Shown here: positions 57,328 through 64,000 of the stretch, in pieces
Layout: every line of letters begins with the position of its first letter
How positions within the stretch are numbered: the first letter of the stretch is position 1
Made by a program: the position numbers and the translations under genes
The notes under the pieces: generated by a model
Seen by the model: the letters and a program-made list of their open reading frames with translations, nothing else
The model's database searches: none
What the model was told of the DNA's origin: nothing
From: a bacterium
GTDB lineage: Bacteria; Bacteroidota; Ignavibacteria; Kapaibacteriales; Kapaibacteriaceae
Assembly: GCA_034440235.1 (NCBI GenBank)
Contig: JAWXBR010000054.1
Location: 73,131-137,130 of the forward strand
DNA: 64,000 bases
Direction: 5' to 3'

Positions 57328-59826
57328 TTATACTAAATCTGCCACATGCCCATAGTATTCTTCAATAAATCTGCTTAGTGTAGCATTTTCATCGGAAGTC
57401 AGTGAGAGAGCCGTAAGTGCGCCGTTGTGAATTGCTTTTGCAACCGCTGACCCTATCATGTCACTAGCTTTGCTGTCGATATTATTTCTCGACACATCGG
57501 GGATAACCTTGCGTGAATGAATATTCGCAACAATTGAAACAATCTCAAATACCCCTGCCGTTATTGGGATCCGATATTTGAAATCCTTTATGAGGACGTT
57601 TCTTATGAATAATTCCCACCTATTATCATCTGGCCTCCAGTAATGGTGTACGTTGTCATTAGTCTCGAAGGGGAGGTATAGCTCGTTTATTCGCCCTTCA
57701 AATAGTGATTTTGTTTTTTCAAACGCTCTTGTCGTGCATTCCTTCGAATGACCTAACGCCACCAAATCTGCGAACCCTAGATTGTCAAACAAGTAATCAC
57801 CCTTACTCAAGGTTTGAGTAATAAGTTGACTTTGATTTTCCTGTGGCACGATGATTGATATCCAAGTCATGTCACGGTCCATTTTCTCAATTACTTCTTC
57901 GACATCATTTTCGGTGAATTTCAACCCATTCAGGTAATCACGCTCCGTATCTCCATCTACTAGCGGTATAGCCAGATACTTGATTTCATTGCCGTTCAAG
58001 TAGTCTGATATTCTTAGACTTGAATAGTCATCTACTTCAACCAGTCCATCTTCATCGTCGTATCGGTAGAGGGTGCCATAAAAGTCAATTTCTTCAAACT
58101 TTGAAATAAAGCGACTCCGTCGCTTGATGAAAGCTAGCCCTTCAAAATCGATGAGATAATCACGAAGTTGAATTGGTACGAGGCTACCTTTCTCAGGTAC
58201 TGTACGCTCAATTGGATTTGATACCGGATGCACGACCTTCTCCATTCTGTCTATTAACTCAAATTCAATTCCATCGGTTATAAAGTATTTCATTAGGAAG
58301 GCTTTCACAGCTTGTACTTTGTGCTCAAACGCCTTAATGAACTCCGTGTAGCTTAAGATTACTTCAGTTCCGTCAAACTCAAGGTCTTCGACTTCTGTCA
58401 ATGAGGTCCACTCATTTCCACTTTCTAACTGTATCAGATACTTGTTGCGTGAACGGTAGTGCCTAGTTGCGACCATCACCTCACTTGACAGCATGAAGCA
58501 TGCAAGGAATCCGATGCCATAGTTACCAATTGGCTTATACTCGTGTTCTTTAAGAATAAACTCTCGCGATTTATAATACGAGACACCTATGTTGAGAAAA
58601 TGCTTTTTGATGATCGCCATCGACATTCCCGTGCCGTTATCTTTAACAATGGCTTGGTTTCTACTTTTATCGAGGATAACCTTAATTTTTGGACGGTATT
58701 CATCTTGTCCAAATTCGTAGCTCTGAGCCTCTATTTCCTGTCGTAGCTTACACGAATCGATCGAATTTTGAATCAATTCTCTTAAGCCTAGTGTCTTGTC
58801 TCCATAGATTTTCTCGCCCATTAATAAGGAACTGATTGCCTTGAATTCGAGCGTCATTCTGTAGTCCGAAAATGTGTAGCCGATTGGGGTAATGAACACG
58901 TCAGGCTTATCATTAAAGAATAGTGCGTATCGGTCTGCCATTCCCGCCACTAACTCGATTGCATCCGTGAATTCACTTTCTACCCAGCTTGCATAAACAA
59001 GGATTTTTCTATGAATGCCAGCACTATTTGACTCTCCATGAAAGACGATTCTTTTCTGTGACGTTGTGGGATTGACGACAATCTTCTTGTTATTTGATAT
59101 CGTGAAATTCTGTTTCCACTCTGCATTGCTAATCCCCTGAGGATCGATCAGTTTGTACAGACGATATGGCGTCCGATTACTATCAATATCTAGTATATCT
59201 GCGAGCCTAAGTATACATGCGACGTATTGTGAATTATATGGGTAATCACCTTTTACGCTATGCAGGTTCAACCTTTGACGTATCCAATCGAAGCCCTCGG
59301 TGTGTGATTCGCAGATCAGTGCTAGATCCACATTAAAGTCTATTGATGATAATCCGGGTATTGTAAATCTTCCTTTCAATACTTCGCGTATGTACTTAGC
59401 AGACAGAGATGCATGAATCATTCTCACATACTCTTGAAGCGCGATCGTTTCATCGCCGCTGCACAATGTCTTCATTGCCGAGTATTTCGCACTGCTATGA
59501 ACGAAAGCACCCGATTTGATGTCGTCAATATCGACTTGACTAACTGCCATACCGATGTCGTGCAAAAGCGCAGAGTAAATAAGTAAAGCAATTTCGAGGT
59601 CACTGAGCTTTGTGTAGTCTTCGACGATTTCGCTCATGTACTCGATCACCCTAAAAGAGTGACTTGTGTCGTGAAGTGTATAGTGGGGGAATACATGTGG
59701 AATTCGGGTGTTAAGGACATCCTTGATTTCATTGTAAACCTCCACTATATGCGGTGCAAAGGGACTACACACGCTAAGAAGATGCTTGAACAACGTTAAA
59801 TCTTGCAGTCCTTGTGTTGGGTTCAT
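57328..59826 (-). CDS. HD-domain phosphohydrolase fused to a GHKL (HATPase/Bergerat-fold) ATPase domain, with ~350-aa uncharacterised C-terminal region
   Basis: N-terminal HSFRVIEY...LLHDIGM gives the H...HD metal-binding pattern. Middle region has LRELIQNSIDS (N-box), VKDNGTGMS (G1) and IGNYGIGFLA (G2). No histidine-kinase H-box. GC lower than the core. Confidence 0.6.
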   Translation of the reverse strand: MNPTQGLQDLTLFKHLLSVCSPFAPHIVEVYNEIKDVLNTRIPHVFPHYTLHDTSHSFRVIEYMSEIVEDYTKLSDLEIALLIYSALLHDIGMAVSQVDIDDIKSGAFVHSSAKYSAMKTLCSGDETIALQEYVRMIHASLSAKYIREVLKGRFTIPGLSSIDFNVDLALICESHTEGFDWIRQRLNLHSVKGDYPYNSQYVACILRLADILDIDSNRTPYRLYKLIDPQGISNAEWKQNFTISNNKKIVVNPTTSQKRIVFHGESNSAGIHRKILVYASWVESEFTDAIELVAGMADRYALFFNDKPDVFITPIGYTFSDYRMTLEFKAISSLLMGEKIYGDKTLGLRELIQNSIDSCKLRQEIEAQSYEFGQDEYRPKIKVILDKSRNQAIVKDNGTGMSMAIIKKHFLNIGVSYYKSREFILKEHEYKPIGNYGIGFLACFMLSSEVMVATRHYRSRNKYLIQLESGNEWTSLTEVEDLEFDGTEVILSYTEFIKAFEHKVQAVKAFLMKYFITDGIEFELIDRMEKVVHPVSNPIERTVPEKGSLVPIQLRDYLIDFEGLAFIKRRSRFISKFEEIDFYGTLYRYDDEDGLVEVDDYSSLRISDYLNGNEIKYLAIPLVDGDTERDYLNGLKFTENDVEEVIEKMDRDMTWISIIVPQENQSQLITQTLSKGDYLFDNLGFADLVALGHSKECTTRAFEKTKSLFEGRINELYLPFETNDNVHHYWRPDDNRWELFIRNVLIKDFKYRIPITAGVFEIVSIVANIHSRKVIPDVSRNNIDSKASDMIGSAVAKAIHNGALTALSLTSDENATLSRFIEEYYGHVADLV

Positions 59827-59907
59827 AAATGAAATGTAAAACAGCCTGTGATGTGAAATAGATTCTTTGTCGTCGGCCTGTGTAGTCCTGAAATCGCCTT
59901 GGAGATA

Positions 59908-62574
59908 CTACCCAATTGCGGGTCGATCGACTGATATCGCTAGCTTGCGTTCCTCATCGATCCGACTCCGTGCTTTCTTGCATGCTTTCACAAACTCCTG
60001 AAGCTGGTCCATGTCGCGAAGAAAGTCACTAGGCGAAGGGCGGTGGACATTGGACGCTGTAGACATGGCATGACCCAGCATCCACTTCGAACAATTCGAC
60101 ATATTGATGTGAATTGTTTTGTATTGATCAGTGGTTACTTCAACCTCACGCAGACTCTGAGTTTTAATGTCACTTGAATGTCTTACAATCACTTTGTTCA
60201 GCAATACTTCTTCGATTGCTGTTTCCCAGGCCTCTCTGAGCAGACTATATGTGATAGCTGCCTTACAATCATATGCATTTTGATCATCGGTGTACAGCGC
60301 CTGGAACGACTTTAGGCGTTCCCTTAAGGATTCAATCCGATTCACGACTGGCATTGCATGCCAAGGAAGTCCTTTTTGACTCAAACCAACTACATAGCTT
60401 TGACAACTGACGGTCAGCGCATTGAATCCTACTTGCGTTGATTCCGCGTTTGACTGTAGGTCTAAGAGAAATGCTATATCGTGGGTAAAAATAATTACTT
60501 GGCGACGTTCAGCCTCACGCGCAAGCCTAGCAGCTACAGTCCTACGATAGCGATGATCGAGTGAACTAACCGGATCGTCTAGAATAATAGGACAAGAATG
60601 ATCTCCTGAGATTACCTCAGATAGAAAGCCAGCCAAAGCCACTACTCTTACTTCTCCCTCGCTAAGGACATTCGACAAATCTGGGTTTAGTCCACTTCTT
60701 ACACCGTCAAGTCCAAGTTTGTGATGGGTCTCACCTGCGACTCCGATTGGACGTATGTTTAGAGGAATTTGCTGCGCCCCGAGGGCTAAGAGTTCGGCTT
60801 GTATCATTTCGTTCAGGTTCGGCGTTAAGGCATCCTTAATGATACTCTTACCCTTCCTCGTAATCTGCGTCGTATCTAAAGCTGCAATGGCTTGGTCAAA
60901 ATTGTATTTTGCATGTAACGCGGTCTTGTATTTGAGAAAGCTGAGAAGGTTTGTGAAGTAGGATTGGCGCGCTGCAAGTTCCGCTTTCTCTAATTTGAGA
61001 CTCGCCATCTGTTCCGGTTGTGAATTCTTTTCAGCACTCACCGCATCCCTTTCCAGCGTATCAATTAGTTTGTCCAGTTCTATCGTTGGATTTGTAGAAA
61101 GCGTTTGAAATTCATTGACCACCTGCCGATCCAATTGTAACAATACTTGTGCGTGCCGAATGATAAGTTCATCTAGGTAGGTCTTGGTTGATTTAGCAGC
61201 AGTCGCGTTCAATTGCGTTATTTCGGCTATTGTATCATTGCAGGCTCCAGCCGCAGGATGCATAACAAGTTTATTCACAACCTCAATTACGGATTGAAGC
61301 AAAACCTCTGCGGCACGCAGCTTCACCTTGGTTTCTTGGTCCACAAATGTTCGAAAACGACTCAGGCGATCCTTCCCCTCTTCGTCCAGTAGCTGCATGC
61401 AGAAGACACACCTGCTCGCGTCACCAACAAACGGAAAATCCAGACTTGGGTATGCCTGGGCCACTGAGTATTCTTTTGCAGCTTGGTATAGCATTTCCCA
61501 AGCTGTCTGACCTGCACCACTTAATGGTTCATCATCCAGTCCTTCAATAGAAAGGATTTTTACAGCGTTCTCGGCTTCGTTGACTTGTACGACTAACAAA
61601 TTGTGCGCAGTTACTGCGTCATCGGAAAGATTGTGGACAAGCTCGAATACATAGTCGCGCAGATGTTTTATTCTTTGCACTAAACTGCGCGTAGACAGCA
61701 CTACCTTGGCAGGATCGTTCAATTCCGCCAGAGCAATCTGGTTCGCCACAGCAATCAATCGTTCCGAGTCAATCAGCGTCCAGTTCGCGAGGCTCGTTAG
61801 CTCATCCTCAGTCGTCGCGTGAGTGATCTCGTTCACAGACCGCCCAGTAGTTGTGTCCATCGCAATGTCAGAATACGAGGGCAATGAGGGATCCGGAGCC
61901 AGAGACCCCAACTGGGCTCTGAGCCAACTCATTAACCTCGCTAGTTCCTCAAAGACATGGGCGCCATATGGCAGATATATGATATCGTTCTTCTCATCGA
62001 CGATCACCCGCGCACATTTCGAATCGAATACTGTGACGTTCATAAGGATGTCTGGACTGGCGATACCGTCCTGCCATCGGTATTCTTTGTCCAAACCCTC
62101 ATCCTGGCAATAAACTATGGTTGCTGCCGCAGGCAACACCGAACCCTCGTCAAATATGTTCGGCAGAATAGTTTCTTTTGTGTCTCGGGCTCGACACGCT
62201 CGTTTGAGCACACGGGCATAGCCTGATTTGCCGGAACCGTTCTCACCATATATGACCGTCAATCCCGCGTGGCCAAATGGAATGAATGAACCGTCAGAAA
62301 TCATGTTAATGCTTCGAAGGTCCTTTAGTGCTTTGAGTGTTACGTTTGATCTGACAACAGGCGCGCCGGAGACCTGTCCCAAACTCACGCGAAGAGGAGG
62401 TACATTGATTGTGGCATAAGCACTTAGGCCATGCGCGTTCAATACCATGGACAAGAGGTCTTGTCTGTCATTATCCGTTAATTCGGAGAACGTGAGCAGG
62501 CGGCGAACGGCGTCACTCATCCATGCAGGAGTGTCTTCCGCTGCCCATTTGATTATCGAGTCCAATGCGCTCAA
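59908..62574 (-). CDS. PrrC/RloC-like ABC-type ATPase (AAA_13-like) with coiled-coil CxxC zinc hook and C-terminal putative nuclease region
   Basis: Walker A LTVIYGENGSGKSG (~aa 105-118). Long coiled-coil containing RCVFC (CxxC) at ~aa 390. ABC signature-like LSEGEVRVVALAGFL, Walker B CPIILDDPVSSLD, D/H-loop VIIFTHD. C-terminal ~200 aa with LLREAWETAIEE...VRH...H, the R-x3-E...H pattern recalled for PrrC/RloC anticodon nucleases. Confidence 0.55.
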   Translation of the reverse strand: MSALDSIIKWAAEDTPAWMSDAVRRLLTFSELTDNDRQDLLSMVLNAHGLSAYATINVPPLRVSLGQVSGAPVVRSNVTLKALKDLRSINMISDGSFIPFGHAGLTVIYGENGSGKSGYARVLKRACRARDTKETILPNIFDEGSVLPAAATIVYCQDEGLDKEYRWQDGIASPDILMNVTVFDSKCARVIVDEKNDIIYLPYGAHVFEELARLMSWLRAQLGSLAPDPSLPSYSDIAMDTTTGRSVNEITHATTEDELTSLANWTLIDSERLIAVANQIALAELNDPAKVVLSTRSLVQRIKHLRDYVFELVHNLSDDAVTAHNLLVVQVNEAENAVKILSIEGLDDEPLSGAGQTAWEMLYQAAKEYSVAQAYPSLDFPFVGDASRCVFCMQLLDEEGKDRLSRFRTFVDQETKVKLRAAEVLLQSVIEVVNKLVMHPAAGACNDTIAEITQLNATAAKSTKTYLDELIIRHAQVLLQLDRQVVNEFQTLSTNPTIELDKLIDTLERDAVSAEKNSQPEQMASLKLEKAELAARQSYFTNLLSFLKYKTALHAKYNFDQAIAALDTTQITRKGKSIIKDALTPNLNEMIQAELLALGAQQIPLNIRPIGVAGETHHKLGLDGVRSGLNPDLSNVLSEGEVRVVALAGFLSEVISGDHSCPIILDDPVSSLDHRYRRTVAARLAREAERRQVIIFTHDIAFLLDLQSNAESTQVGFNALTVSCQSYVVGLSQKGLPWHAMPVVNRIESLRERLKSFQALYTDDQNAYDCKAAITYSLLREAWETAIEEVLLNKVIVRHSSDIKTQSLREVEVTTDQYKTIHINMSNCSKWMLGHAMSTASNVHRPSPSDFLRDMDQLQEFVKACKKARSRIDEERKLAISVDRPAIG

Positions 62575-62993
62575 TGTGTGCCTACGATTAATGAACCTAA
62601 TTTGGGATTAAGTCTATAGACTGGAAACGTCGGACAAAAGTACCCCCTTCCACTAGTCCTCAAGATCAGTATCGTCTACATATTACGCCTGAACGCAGAG
62701 ATTTGACAGCATTCCTTGATGACGCTGATAAAGAAAGCGATCTCAGCGCCGACACATGTAACACGTACCAGATTCATAGAAACTTCGGACTTCAGGTCTT
62801 TGACCCTATTGATCATTACGACCTAGCTACTTTCGCTAGCTATTACGCAATGACAGCCTAAAACACAACGTATCGGAAAGTTACCGTGCTTTACGACAAT
62901 CAATTCAAGAGCCTAGTTGAGAATGCTTTAGACTTCCTAAATCGCTCGTTGATGGAGATTGAGGATTCACCTAAGTTGGAAAATCCGCCCAAT

Positions 62994-63137
62994 GTGAGCA
63001 ACGAATTCCGCCACAAAGTAAGCAATGAATTCCGCGTTAAAGTGAGCAATGAATTCCGCGTTAAAGTGAGCAATGAATTCCGCGTCAAAGTGAGCAGTGG
63101 ATTCCGCGTCAAAGTGAGCAGTGCATTTCGTAGACCA
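62994..63137. repeat. Six tandem copies of a 24-bp unit (minisatellite) upstream of the ATPase gene
   Basis: GTGAGCAATGAATTCCGCGTTAAA consensus. End copies are degenerate and each copy contains GAATTC. On the plus strand it encodes VSNEFRVK repeats fused to a non-repetitive 36-aa N-terminus (ORF 62886..63158). Confidence 0.8.
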
Positions 63138-63226
63138 GGCACGCAACGCTGCACGTGATACGATAGGAAGATTGGTTGACCGGATCAGCAGATTCCGAGA
63201 ACATCACGTTCAAAGAAAGGCTGATC

Positions 63227-64000
63227 ATGGCAAATACACCAATCGCAATGAGTAAACTCAAACAAGTACTGAAGCTGCACCTGCGCGGCAGGAGCAAGCT
63301 TCAGATCAGCACGATGACGGGCGTATCACGCAACACCGTCACGAAGTATATCGCCCACGTGCAGCATCTGGGTTTCACGCTCGAGGACCTGGAGCAGCAC
63401 AATGACCAAGCGCTGGAGCGTTTGTTCTGTCAGGAGCCGCCGCAGGAGATGGACGCACGTGTTGCCGTGCTGCACACGTTTATCCAGAGCAATGACAAGC
63501 GCTTGCGTAAGCGAGGCATGACGCAAGGCCGCTTGTACGAAGACTACACGCAGCAGCATCCTGATGGCTTCGGCAAGACAACGTTCTATCGCCACTATAA
63601 TCTGTGGAAGCCCAGAACAAAGCCGTCGATGCATCTGGAGCACAAGGCCGGTGACAAGATGTTTGTCGATTTCACGGGTCAGAAGATCCCGATGATCGAT
63701 CCGGACACGGGCCAATGCGTCGAAGCGGAATGCTTCGTTGCCATCCTGCCAGCCAGCCAGTACACCTACGTGGAAGCGGTGGCCTCACAGCGCGTCGAGG
63801 ACTTCATCGCATGCTGCGAGCGTGCGCTGCACTATTTCGGTGGTGCACCGGCTGCCATGGTACCGGACAATCTGAAATCCGCCGTGATCAAAACGCACCG
63901 CGATGAACCAACACTCAATGACAACTATGAAGCCTTTGCTGAGCACTACAGCATGGCTGTTGTCCCCGCCCGCTCACGCCGGCCGAAAGACAAAGCCCAC
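63227..64000 (+). CDS. istA: IS21-family transposase IstA (3' partial, runs off the window)
   Basis: N-terminal HTH (MSKLKQVLKLHLRGRSKLQISTMTGVSRNTVTKYI) and start of the DDE domain (FVDFTGQKIPMIDPDTGQ...AILPASQYTYVEA...MVPDNLKSAV). No stop before the window end. Confidence 0.8.
   Translation, partial: MANTPIAMSKLKQVLKLHLRGRSKLQISTMTGVSRNTVTKYIAHVQHLGFTLEDLEQHNDQALERLFCQEPPQEMDARVAVLHTFIQSNDKRLRKRGMTQGRLYEDYTQQHPDGFGKTTFYRHYNLWKPRTKPSMHLEHKAGDKMFVDFTGQKIPMIDPDTGQCVEAECFVAILPASQYTYVEAVASQRVEDFIACCERALHYFGGAPAAMVPDNLKSAVIKTHRDEPTLNDNYEAFAEHYSMAVVPARSRRPKDKAH

Noticed and set aside
62994-63137. Possible CRISPR array
   Set aside because: The 24-bp units are directly adjacent with no unique spacers, and there are no cas genes nearby. 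It is a tandem minisatellite, not a CRISPR.
62900-63154. Minus-strand 84-aa ORF (LTLTRNSLLTLTRN...) across the 24-bp repeats
   Set aside because: It is a mirror-image product of the tandem repeat. Long open frames on both strands are expected in a perfect minisatellite, and only the plus frame has a non-repetitive N-terminus.

Overview
This 64 kb window is chromosomal DNA from a Gram-negative bacterium with a core GC content that looks like roughly 55-58% by eye. The fused LpxC-FabZ gene, tandem OmpH/Skp genes and two proteins with T9SS type-A C-terminal sorting domains point to the Fibrobacteres-Chlorobi-Bacteroidetes group. The first 52 kb is dense housekeeping sequence. It encodes fbaB, an ABC exporter, a CBS-type PLP enzyme, mutL, ruvX, ispF, xseAB, gpsA, plsY, trxB, queG, ychF and the outer-membrane cluster lpxA / lpxC-fabZ / lpxD / skp / skp / bamA / uppS. 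It also carries rny, zapA and pheT, mostly with start/stop overlaps that indicate translational coupling. Several starts in the ORF track are N-terminally over-extended because the track uses the first GTG/TTG, and I corrected them where the protein alignment was obvious. An initiator tRNA-fMet gene at 52419..52491, followed by a rho-independent terminator, marks the start of a lower-GC accessory island that runs to the window end. The island contains a hypothetical gene, a very AT-rich alpha/beta hydrolase that looks Flavobacterium-derived, and an IS3-family element whose orfB frame is broken. Between that element and a partial IS21 istA lies a two-gene cassette, which is the most interesting feature in the window. 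It encodes an 888-aa PrrC/RloC-like ABC ATPase (Walker A, coiled coil with a CxxC zinc hook, ABC signature, Walker B, C-terminal R-x3-E...H region) followed by an 832-aa protein with an N-terminal HD phosphohydrolase domain and a GHKL (Bergerat-fold) ATPase domain. I propose it as a candidate anti-phage or abortive-infection system that has not been described. Other points worth a second look: a 6S-RNA-like structured non-coding region between zapA and rny; a tiny Lys/Arg-rich bS22-like ORF with a frameshift in a C run; several coding and intergenic tandem repeats; a repeated AATCAAACCACT motif flanking a two-gene segment; a duplicated DUF1801 fragment fused to a histone-H1-like tail; and an extended palindromic repeat upstream of pheT.
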